Shown in pieces: positions 1-8,035 of a stretch of DNA of 32,000 nucleotides. The notes under the pieces were generated by a model, which saw nothing but the letters and a program-made list of their open reading frames with translations, was not told where the DNA came from and searched no databases. How positions within the stretch are numbered: the stretch's first letter is position 1; the number at the start of each line of letters is the position of its first letter. The stretch covers positions 106,504-138,503 of the forward strand of contig CAYJVY010000002.1 in assembly GCA_964373795.1 (NCBI GenBank). The letters run 5' to 3'. Origin of the DNA: an uncultured archaeon (GTDB taxonomy: Archaea > Iainarchaeota > Iainarchaeia > Iainarchaeales > DATDZZ01). The position numbers and the translations under genes were made by a program.

Positions 1-171
1 AAACCTGGATTCAAAAACTAAAAAAAGGCAAAGCAATTTAAGAACACGACAAAAACCCTTCCGCAAAAAATTTTGGAAAAAAATCATCCATTTAAAAATG
101 CCAAGTTATACAATTGTCGAAAACTTGTGAAGCAATAAAAATCTTTTCTTTGCGAAAATGCTTTAGTTTAA

Positions 172-594
172 ATGAAAATTTACTTGGATTCGAATGTGCT
201 TATTTCTGTGTTGCGAGAAGAGATTGGCAGAAATTTAAGATTACTATCTGGTGAAGCAGAAGAGTTTCTTAATTACGCAAGAGACAATAAAATTGTAATT
301 GTTTTGTCGGATTTGTTTTTCATTGAATTAGAAGATGTAATATCTTACAACAAACAAAGTGTCATAGAGTTCATTAAAGAAAAAGGAATTATTTTTGAAG
401 AAGTTAAAATGTTACAAGATGACATAGAAAATGCAAAAAAATTTGAGAAAATAGGCGTTCATTCACCCGACTCAAAACATATAGCAATAGCAATTAGAAT
501 AAAGTGTGATTGTATTGTGACATTTAATTTGAAGGATTTTGAAAAAGCAGCAAAATTTATTCAAATAATTGAACCAAAATATTTCAAACCTTGA
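172..594 (+). CDS. PIN-domain ribonuclease (VapC-like toxin)
   Basis: The 140-aa protein starts MKIYLDSNVLI, carrying the first conserved Asp. It has internal acidic residues (FFIELED) and the C-terminal motif CIVTFNLKDF, typical of the T-x-N-x-x-DF end of VapC PIN domains. The TGA stop is at 592-594. Confidence 0.75.
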   Translation: MKIYLDSNVLISVLREEIGRNLRLLSGEAEEFLNYARDNKIVIVLSDLFFIELEDVISYNKQSVIEFIKEKGIIFEEVKMLQDDIENAKKFEKIGVHSPDSKHIAIAIRIKCDCIVTFNLKDFEKAAKFIQIIEPKYFKP

Positions 595-871
595 ATCCCT
601 TTTTCTTTGCAAATTTCAAAAACGCTTTCTGCTTTTCTTCACGACTTATAAGATTTCCGTCCCAGCCATTTTCTAATGCGCCTAGAGCAAATTTTCTTGT
701 CAAAAATCTTGACCTTTGTTTTTCATCAGTTACAAGTTCTACCTGCAACAATTTCTCCCTGATTGCATCCTTCAAAAACTCGCTTCGTGAAGAATAAAGC
801 TTTGAATTCTTAATCATTTTATCAATCGCTTCAATGAACTCATCATTTACAACAGTAGTCAAAGTACCCAA
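584..871 (-). CDS. Ribbon-helix-helix (CopG/MetJ-like) DNA-binding protein, candidate antitoxin
   Basis: The 95-aa protein uses a TTG start preceded by GGTG about 7 nt upstream. Its N-terminal beta strand plus helix pattern (TLTTVVNDEFIEAIDKMI ... SRSEFLKDAIREKL) is the classic RHH signature. The gene converges on the PIN gene and overlaps its 3-prime end by 11 nt. Confidence 0.65.
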   Translation of the reverse strand: MGTLTTVVNDEFIEAIDKMIKNSKLYSSRSEFLKDAIREKLLQVELVTDEKQRSRFLTRKFALGALENGWDGNLISREEKQKAFLKFAKKKGFKV

Positions 872-876
872 AAAAA

Positions 877-903
877 CACCTACTAGCTAATGACTAATAG
901 GTG
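877..903. promoter_or_regulatory. Inverted repeat CACCTA-N15-TAGGTG just upstream of the RHH gene start (candidate operator)
   Basis: CACCTA at 877-882 and TAGGTG at 898-903 are reverse complements. Two TGACTAA direct repeats lie at and next to the right arm. The repeat sits 6-32 nt upstream of the RHH start codon. Confidence 0.3.
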
Positions 904-1023
904 ACTAACAATATTTAAAGGTTTCTTTATCACACATTATCTTTTTTTGAGTTTAATTGCAAACAAATTTAAACTAATTTTTTGAATGAAAACTTTTATT
1001 AATTGTTAAACTGTATTATTTTC

Positions 1024-3624
1024 ATGCCTATTTCACTTAAAGAAGAATCTTCAGTTATTGGAAGAACTGCTAAAGATTTGAAAAAATATGGAGAAAAAGG
1101 AACTGCTTATTTAGGGAAAACAGTTCTATCAGCTGGAGATAATCCAACTCTTGGAAGAAAAGTTTTAGTTGATATTTCCAAACCCCATTTAGTTTTAATT
1201 TGCGGCAAGAGAGGAGGGGGAAAATGTCTTCACGAAGACACTTTAATAACTCTTGACAACGGAGAAGAAATTCCAATCAAAGAACTTGAAAAAAATAATA
1301 ATAAAATAATTGCTTTAAATGATAAACTAAAATTAATTCATACGTATAAAACAGAATTTTACAAACGAGAAGTGAATAAATTATTGCAAATAAAGCTGCG
1401 AACTGGAAAAGAAATAAAGTTAACTCCTGAACACCCTATTTTTACTATTGATGGATGGATTCAAACAGAGGAGTTAAATGTCGGCAGTAGAATTGCAACT
1501 CCTAGAAAAATTAATTTTATTGGAAATGAAGTCCTGGAAGAGTTTAAAGTAGTGCTGCTTGCATACTTAATTGCAGAGGGACATTTAGGAAATAAAAAAG
1601 TATTGTTTTCAAATCAAGATGAGAAAATTATTCAAGAATTTAAAGAATGTATTAAAAAATTTGATGAAAACCTTGTTGTAAAAAAACACGGCAAAGACTG
1701 TTTTACTGTTGTACAAAAATCCATTAAAAGAAAAATTGATTACGTAGTAAGAAGTGATGGAAGGTTTGCAAAAGGAAGTAAATTTAATAAAAAAAGCGTT
1801 ACTGAATGGCTTGAAGCATTTGAACTCTATAACAAGAAATCAGAAAAAAAATTTATTCCAAAAGAAATATTCAAATTAACTAAAAAAGGATTAGCACTAT
1901 TTTTGAATAGATATTTTAGCTGTGATGGAACAATTTATTTTGATTCAAATACAAAAACTTACAGAATTAGTGTTTCTTCTGCTTCTGAAATGCTTGCAAG
2001 GCAATTGCAAAGCCTGCTTTTAAGATTTGAAATGGTTGGAGTTTTAAGAAATAAAAAAAGTAAGTTAAATGGAAAAGAGTTTAAAAGCTTTGAATTAGAG
2101 TTAAAAGGAAAAAATGTTGAAACCTTCATTAAAGAAATTGGATTCTATGGAAAAAAAGAAATTAAACAAAATGAAGCCTTAAAAAAAATAGAAAACATTA
2201 AAAGAAATACAAACATTGACACAATTCCAAGAGAGATATGGAAAACTTACAGGCCAAAAAGTTGGACTGAAATTGGTAAAAAAATTGGCTATGCAATTCC
2301 AAAGAGTTTAAGGGAAAGCATTTATTATTCTCCTTCAAGGCAAAAATTATTGCAAATAGCTAAAGCAGATCATCAAGAAAAAATAGTTGAACTAGCTGAA
2401 TCAGATATTTTTTGGGATGAAGTAATTGAAATAAAAGAACTTGAAGGAAAATTTAATGTATATGATATTGTTGTTCCGGAATTCCATAACTTTGTTGCAA
2501 ATAATATAATTGTTCACAATTCTTATTCAATGTCAGTTGTAATGGAGGAATTTTGTTTACAGCCTGCAGAGATTAGGCAAAGAATTTCTGTTATAACAAT
2601 TGATACTGGGGGAATTTTTTGGACTTTAAAATAACCGAACGAGGAAGAAAAAAAATTATTAGCTGATCCTGAGTGGAGGTTAGAGCCTCAAGGAATGAAA
2701 AATGTTCGAGTATTAGTTCCAAAAGGAAAGCTTTCATTTTATAAAGAAAAAGGCTTGCCAGTTGACGGAGCATTTAGTTTGAATATTTCTGAATTAAATG
2801 TAACTGAATGGATGGCTTTATTTCAATTAACTTGGAGTGACCCAGAAGCAGTGTTAATTACAAGAGTAATTGAAAAACTGCAAGAAGAAAAAAAAACTGG
2901 ATACGGGTTTGAAGAAATAGTTAAAGAAATTAAAGCTGATTCAGAGTCACAGGATTTAACTAAAAAAGCTTTAGCTAACAGGTTTAAAGTAGCTGATTCT
3001 TGGGGGTTGTTTGAAAAATATGGTACTCCAATTAAAGAAATTGCTACTCCTGGAATGCTTTCAATAATTGATGTTTCATCGTATAGTCAATCAATTGGAA
3101 CTGAAGGAACCAGAGACATTGTAGTTGCAATGCTTGGAAAAAAATTATTCGAAGAAAGAATGTTGTATAGAAAAGAAGAAGAAATTAATTTAATTAAAGG
3201 CAAGCAAAGAATTAGTGAAATGCCTATTGTTTGGATGTTAATAGATGAAGCGCATATGTTCATGCCAAAAGATAGGGAAAGCCTTGCATTAAAAGTGTTG
3301 CTTGAATGGGTTAGAGTAGGCCGTCAACCAGGATTAAGCTTGCTTTTAGCAACCCAGATTCCAAACAAATTACATCCAGATGCAATTTCTCAATGCGATT
3401 TATTTATTTCTCATAGAATGACTGCTCAACCAGATATTCAAGCAGTTTCACAGTTAAGGCCAAGCTATTTACATCAAAACTTTGACAAATACTATGAAGA
3501 AATGCCTAAAGAAAAAGGTTATGCATTAATTTTAGATGACAACACTGAAAGAATTTGGATGATTAGAATCAGGCCAAGGCTTACATGGGATGGAGGAAAA
3601 ACAGCTTCAGTATTTAAAGAGTAA
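1024..3624 (+). CDS. HerA/FtsK-superfamily (DUF87/COG0433-like) P-loop ATPase, intein-containing and interrupted by an in-frame TAA at 2632-2634
   Basis: The Walker A motif GKRGGGK|S is split by the intein. Walker B is VWMLIDEAHMF, followed by LLLATQ and a C-terminal RPRLTWDGG motif. Track ORFs 1003..2634 and 2695..3624 are in the same frame (both positions are 1 mod 3) and are separated only by one TAA and 60 nt of open frame. ATG at 1024 (MPISLKEE) is a more likely start than the TTG at 1003. Confidence 0.7.
1225..2520 (+). mobile_element. Intein (432 aa) with LAGLIDADG homing-endonuclease domain, inserted in the ATPase P-loop
   Basis: It begins with Cys (CLHEDTLITLDNG, block A) and has block B at KLTPEHP. 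LAGLIDADG motifs are LLAYLIAEGHL (1555-1587) and FLNRYFSCDG (1900-1929). Block F is VYDIVVPEFHNFVAN. It ends with IVHN followed by Ser. Removing it restores GKRGGGKS. Confidence 0.9.
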
Positions 3625-3701
3625 CTCTTATTATACTAGCCAGAATTTTAATTCGATATGTATAAAAATGACTTCAAGCATAATTTGTTAGGTGAATTAA
3701 A

Positions 3702-3878
3702 ATGGAAACTGTTTCAGTAAACAAACAAGCAATACAAGACTTAGTTAAGGTAAAAGAAGAATTTAATGCAATAGTTGAATCAATTGAATTAATGTCTAAT
3801 AAAGATTTTATGAAATCTTACAATAAATCAAAGCAGCAAATAAAAAAAAGACAATTCGATGATTGGAATGACTTATAA
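3702..3878 (+). CDS. Small antitoxin-like protein (58 aa) upstream of RelE; below the ORF-track size cutoff
   Basis: I hand-translated it as METVSVNKQAIQDLVKVKEEFNAIVESIELMSNKDFMKSYNKSKQQIKKRQFDDWNDL. AGGTGA lies upstream of the ATG. Its stop overlaps the start region of the RelE-like ORF. Confidence 0.6.
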   Translation: METVSVNKQAIQDLVKVKEEFNAIVESIELMSNKDFMKSYNKSKQQIKKRQFDDWNDL

Positions 3879-4116
3879 AATTCTTCCAACTAAAGAGTTT
3901 TCAAAAGACTTTAAAAAGCTAGATAAATTCTTTCAAGAACAGATTAAGAAAAAAATTCAAGAAATAAGCATAGATCCTGAACGCTATAAACATCTTCAAT
4001 ACGAGTTAAAAGGAAGCTCTAGAATAAGGATTGGAAAACTAAGAATAATATTCTCTTACAACAAACAATTACAAGAACTATATTTAGAAAAAATTGTTTT
4101 TGACCATAACTATTGA
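3859..4116 (+). CDS. relE: RelE/ParE-family type II toxin
   Basis: The sequence YKILPTKEFSKDFKKLDKFFQEQIKKKIQEISIDPERYKHL...GSSRIRIGKLRIIFSY...LYLEKIVFDHNY follows the RelE consensus (kdlkkl, dP, riGdyRiiy). The real start may be the ATG at 3868, which overlaps the antitoxin stop. Confidence 0.8.
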   Translation: MIGMTYKILPTKEFSKDFKKLDKFFQEQIKKKIQEISIDPERYKHLQYELKGSSRIRIGKLRIIFSYNKQLQELYLEKIVFDHNY

Positions 4117-4158
4117 AAAAAACAAAAAAATTAATAATATAAAAACACTAATTTTTTT

Positions 4159-5154
4159 ATGGCTAAAAAAATTCCAGTAGTAGCAGTAGTTGTTCCAACT
4201 ACTGGAGAATTTCCTCAAATAACTGATGCAATTAGAAATGCAGGAAAAGCATTGAAAAGTAAAGGAGTTAAACCATTGTTTATAGTTTCATCCAATAAAA
4301 AGTTATCCGGGGAAAGAATTAAAGCAATTCAAGGCTTAGGAGAGGAAGTGAATTTCTTAGTTATTGAAAATGGAAGAATTGGAAATCAAATGATTGCAGG
4401 ATTTGATTTTGCTGTAAACAAATCAGATGTAATTACAATGCTGCCAGATGATTTTGTTTTTGAAGCTCAAGGAATTTATTCAACTGTAAAACCTGTTTTA
4501 AACGGAAGATATGAATTTGTTAATAGTTGCTGGCATTATAAAGATTCTAGATTTGCTAAAAGCTTTCCAGAACCTCAATACTTGAATGAAGTAACTGTTT
4601 CAAGGCTTGTAACCTTGGCAAATCCCGCTTTTCATCCACGAGATTTAAGATTAATGCCTGCACTAAGACAAGCAGAAAAAGAAGGAAAACTTTTTCAAAC
4701 ATATACTGGATTGCTTTCACTTAAATCAAGTGAATGGAGTAAAGTAAAGCAAGCAATGCAAACAGTTTTACAAGGAAAAGAAGAAGAAATAAATGTATGG
4801 GCTTTTGAAATTGCTTTAATGCTTTCAGCTTTTCATGCTAGAAAAAAAGTTGGAGCAGTGCCAGCTAAAAGGCTTTTTGAACACGAATGGCCTTCAGAAC
4901 AATCAATTCAAGCATTAAGAGATAAAAGGCTTTTACAGTTTAGAGTTGCAACTGAAGTAATTAAAACTTTTTTAGAACGAACTAATCAAGCTCATAAAAT
5001 TCCTTTACTTGAAGAAATTGTTCGACAAACAATTCGCAGGATTCAAAAAGCCTCTCATCACACTAAAGAAGAAGTATGGAAAAGATTAGAGAGAATGAGA
5101 AAACAAAAAAAGTTTAGAAAACAATTTCCTAAAATAAGAAAAAAATTAAGATAA
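4159..5154 (+). CDS. Hypothetical protein, possibly a GT-A fold (GT2-like) glycosyltransferase, with a Lys/Arg-rich tail
   Basis: The N-terminus VAVVVPTTGEF and a later MLPDDF resemble the start and the DxD of GT2 enzymes. The C-terminal tail is RMRKQKKFRKQFPKIRKKLR. The function call is weak. Confidence 0.35.
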   Translation: MAKKIPVVAVVVPTTGEFPQITDAIRNAGKALKSKGVKPLFIVSSNKKLSGERIKAIQGLGEEVNFLVIENGRIGNQMIAGFDFAVNKSDVITMLPDDFVFEAQGIYSTVKPVLNGRYEFVNSCWHYKDSRFAKSFPEPQYLNEVTVSRLVTLANPAFHPRDLRLMPALRQAEKEGKLFQTYTGLLSLKSSEWSKVKQAMQTVLQGKEEEINVWAFEIALMLSAFHARKKVGAVPAKRLFEHEWPSEQSIQALRDKRLLQFRVATEVIKTFLERTNQAHKIPLLEEIVRQTIRRIQKASHHTKEEVWKRLERMRKQKKFRKQFPKIRKKLR

Positions 5155-5232
5155 ATTCAAAAAAAAACTAGACAACATGACATTTATGACAAGTAAAGTT
5201 TATATTTTTAAGAATAGTTATTTAGTGGTGTT

Positions 5233-5937
5233 ATGCCTGCTAGAATGAGACAACACGAAAAAATTCACAATTCTCAAGTAGTAATTGGTAGAAGACTTAA
5301 GGGAAATAAAGATCGACTATTAGATAGAGACAGATTAATAGTAAAAGTTGAAATGGAAGGCGCTAACAAAGGCAGATTAGGGGTTTATCTTAAAGAGGAA
5401 AATAATCTTCACATTACTCATTATGCCGAGGGACCAGATAATTTTCATCTCAAACTTCCTGAACATCAGAGACTTGTTATTCCTAATGCAAGAACTTCTC
5501 CTGAAATGCAGGATGCAATCCATGTAACAAACATTGGGAAACCTCCAAAACATGTCCCTCCAAGAGTAATTTACGATATGTTGAAAGACATGTTTGCTAT
5601 TGCAAACAACTTAAGGGCACAAAAAATAATACACACAAATCAATTTGAGTTTGATCCGATTCCTTTGCAAGGCAATTTTGACAACAGATTACTAGAAAAT
5701 CGTCAACTAGTTGTTGAAATAACAAATGGAAAATATAAAGGTTATATAGGGGTTTATTCACACAATCGAAGGCACTTGGATATAACACATAAGCCAGTTA
5801 ATGTTGAAGGCTTTCACGAAGTCAGCACAGGCCCTGGAGGGGCATTTGGTCCAGTAATTGGCGGAGACGAATTTGTTAACCCACTTCTTATAGGTGCTAG
5901 AATAATCAAAAACATAAGGCCTTCATCGGCTCCATGA
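5233..5937 (+). CDS. Hypothetical protein with an internal duplication
   Basis: Two copies of one pattern are present: RLIVKVEMEGANKGRLGVYLKEENNLHITHYAEGPDNFH and QLVVEITNGKYKGYIGVYSHNRRHLDITHKPVNVEGFH. I do not recognise the family. Confidence 0.6.
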   Translation: MPARMRQHEKIHNSQVVIGRRLKGNKDRLLDRDRLIVKVEMEGANKGRLGVYLKEENNLHITHYAEGPDNFHLKLPEHQRLVIPNARTSPEMQDAIHVTNIGKPPKHVPPRVIYDMLKDMFAIANNLRAQKIIHTNQFEFDPIPLQGNFDNRLLENRQLVVEITNGKYKGYIGVYSHNRRHLDITHKPVNVEGFHEVSTGPGGAFGPVIGGDEFVNPLLIGARIIKNIRPSSAP

Positions 5938-5965
5938 TTTTGAAATTTTTTTCTCAATAAAAAAA

Positions 5966-6493
5966 TTAAATTTCAAGTTCAATAAAATCTGCGTTTCCTA
6001 AATTAATTCTTTTTTCTAAAATCATTTCCGTGACAAACCATATAGGCCCAGTATGAGTAACAATGCAAACGCTTTCAAATTCAAGGGAATTCAATAAATC
6101 AATAAATTTTGAAAGCCTTTGAGTAAAAGATTCAATTGATTCTCCTCCTTCAACTGAGTAATTCCATTCCTTGATTTTTTCAACTATATCTGGATAATGT
6201 TTTTTAGCCCAATCCTTATTCATGCCAGTTAAAAACCCATATTTATTCATTTCCCTTAAATCATCTCTAAACTCTGAAGCCAGCTTTAATTCGTTTCCAA
6301 TTATTTCAGCTGTTTGTTTTGCTCTTTTCAAAGAAGAAGAAAAAATTTTTTGAATTCCTTTTTCACTTAATTTTTTAGCCAAAATTTTTGATTCATTTAC
6401 TCCTGCAGAAGTTAATTCATCGTCCGCCCATCCACCAAAAGTGTTATTTAAGTCATCTAATGCTTGTCCATGCCTGCATAAAAAAATCTTCAT
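5966..6493 (-). CDS. Histidine phosphatase family protein (phosphoglycerate mutase-like)
   Basis: The N-terminal catalytic motif is MKIFLCRHGQA (RHG). The second catalytic His lies in CIVTHTGPI. The 175-aa size is typical. Confidence 0.8.
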   Translation of the reverse strand: MKIFLCRHGQALDDLNNTFGGWADDELTSAGVNESKILAKKLSEKGIQKIFSSSLKRAKQTAEIIGNELKLASEFRDDLREMNKYGFLTGMNKDWAKKHYPDIVEKIKEWNYSVEGGESIESFTQRLSKFIDLLNSLEFESVCIVTHTGPIWFVTEMILEKRINLGNADFIELEI

Positions 6494-6600
6494 TAAATCC
6501 CTTTAAACAGTTAAAAATTAATAAAAACATTGTCAACTGAACCATCTCACACAAGTAGCATGACATATCATCTTTAGATTGCTTCCAGTCTTGCCTGCTT

Positions 6601-6787
6601 TTGACTCAGCTTCGCCGGCTGCGACGTCTCGTGCGTCGAGCACGAGGGGTCACGTGACCCTTCAGCTGCCGTCTCGCGCGGCAAGCGCAATGCCCATACG
6701 AACACTCAGCCTCGCCGGCTGAACGGCGCTTCAAGGGCTGAACCTTGCGCGGCTGAACGGCGCACGCTCGCCACGTGCTCGGCGAAG
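6601..6787. other. GC-rich non-coding island; candidate structured RNA or foreign/MITE-like remnant
   Basis: I hand-counted 120 of 180 nt as G+C for 6601-6780, against 12 of 60 for 6481-6540. No ORF with a start codon is present. Repeats and hairpins are detailed in the findings. Confidence 0.45.
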
Positions 6788-7486
6788 TTAGAATTCTTTT
6801 AGTTTTGCATCTAATAGTTTTCCTAAGCGATCAGTTTTTTTAATTAAATCAGGAGAAGACTTAATTGATAATTCTTTCAAGTTTTTGAATTCAATTCTTG
6901 TATGAGGGGAATCAATTACAAATTCTTGAGGTTTTGCAGTTCTTAAAACATAGTGTAATACTTTTGAAAGCTTTGAAGTTGAAACCTTTAAATAACTGGG
7001 AGAAATTTTTTCTGTTCCAGTTTTTTCAGCTGTTTCTTTTAAGTCTAATACTCCAATCATTTTTGGGCCGAAAAAAACTTCTTTGGTTTTTTGGTCTTTT
7101 AAAACTGCAATTAAAAAATCTAAAGCATTTTCTTCTTTTTGAAATACATAAGTTGCTTCAGTTCTAAAAGAATCTAAAAACAAGTCAGCTCTAAAACTTG
7201 GTTCTTCAAATCTTTTAATTGTTTTCTTTAAGTTACTTAAATTTGATTCAAGCACTTTAAAATTTGAAATAATGGATGAGTTAGAAATTTCTTTTTTAAA
7301 AGTGTTTGAAAGAGTTGGATGTGATTCAGTTAATTCTTCTAATAAAGAAGTTTTTTCTTGAATGTCTTTTAATGAATTACTTAACTCATTTAAATCATGC
7401 AATAAAGAATTAGTTTTATATAATTTTTTTTCTAAATCAGTTAATGAATGAGTTAAAACTATTTGTTCTTTTTTCTTTTCCTCCAA
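6788..7486 (-). CDS. Hypothetical protein with a coiled-coil-like N-terminal half
   Basis: The 232-aa protein uses a TTG start preceded by GGGGG about 8 nt upstream. Its composition is heptad-like and Leu/Glu/Lys/Ser-rich. I recognise no motif. Confidence 0.5.
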   Translation of the reverse strand: MEEKKKEQIVLTHSLTDLEKKLYKTNSLLHDLNELSNSLKDIQEKTSLLEELTESHPTLSNTFKKEISNSSIISNFKVLESNLSNLKKTIKRFEEPSFRADLFLDSFRTEATYVFQKEENALDFLIAVLKDQKTKEVFFGPKMIGVLDLKETAEKTGTEKISPSYLKVSTSKLSKVLHYVLRTAKPQEFVIDSPHTRIEFKNLKELSIKSSPDLIKKTDRLGKLLDAKLKEF

Positions 7487-7579
7487 AATACAACCCCCTT
7501 TAACCCCATTATATTGTATCTTTTCTTTATAAAAATCTTTTCATTAACTAATCCTTAATAAAAGTGTTGAGCGAAAAAA

Positions 7580-8035
7580 ATGGATAAAGAAAAAAAATTG
7601 CTTTACTTAGTTGCGTTTGCATTTATTGTATTGCTTGTATTAAGTGTTTTACAATTAATTGGGCAAAGAGTTCCAAATGAATTCACTGAAGCATTTCTTG
7701 AAAGAAATTCCTTGCCTGAAAAAGTAAAAGCAGGAGAAGAATTTACTATTAACATGTTTTTAACAAACAATCAAATTCAAGACTTAAACTTTGAATTCTT
7801 TGTAGTAGAAGGAGAGCTAGCAAATGATGTAAATACATTAATAGTAAGAGAAACAGGCTTAATTAATGCAAACATTATTTTGAAAGGAAAAGAAAAAATC
7901 AAGAAAAAAGAAATGAAAAAGATTCCTTTAAAATTAAAAATAACTTCACCTGGAGAAAAAAAGGTTGAAGTAAAATTCAAGCATGAAAAAGAATATTACT
8001 TTCATTCACTGTATTTTTGGACATTAGTTGAATGA
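7580..8035 (+). CDS. Membrane-anchored hypothetical protein
   Basis: It has one N-terminal TM helix (LLYLVAFAFIVLLVLSVLQLI) followed by a beta-rich soluble part. It overlaps the convergent GT-C-like gene by 34 nt. Confidence 0.5.
   Translation: MDKEKKLLYLVAFAFIVLLVLSVLQLIGQRVPNEFTEAFLERNSLPEKVKAGEEFTINMFLTNNQIQDLNFEFFVVEGELANDVNTLIVRETGLINANIILKGKEKIKKKEMKKIPLKLKITSPGEKKVEVKFKHEKEYYFHSLYFWTLVE

Noticed and set aside
2632-2634. Genome-wide stop-codon reassignment (TAA read as sense) to explain the in-frame TAA in the ATPase
   Set aside because: TAA, TGA and TAG all terminate well-supported genes in this window at expected lengths (for example 3622-3624 TAA, 592-594 TGA, 15184-15186 TAG). A global recoding is therefore not supported and this is a single-site event.
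6586-6609. A near-repeat between the left edge of the GC island (CA.T.TTGCCTG.TTTTGACT.A at about 6586-6609) and the region upstream of the DUF4143 ATPase (about 30246-30270), as possible shared element ends
   Set aside because: Only about 19 of 23 positions match. By rough estimate, a match of this quality is expected by chance a few times among all position pairs in 32 kb of biased composition. No flanking similarity extends it.
6601-6787. Assigning the GC-rich island to a known RNA class (tRNA, SRP RNA, RNase P RNA, C/D-box or H/ACA sRNA) or to a coding fragment
   Set aside because: I saw no GGAAAGUCC-type RNase P motif, no SRP helix-8 motif and no canonical RUGAUGA C box. The T-arm-like CAAGG-TTCAGC-CCTTG on the minus strand has only a 6-nt loop and no matching acceptor stem. 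The longest open frame (minus strand, about 59 codons, Arg-rich) has no start codon.
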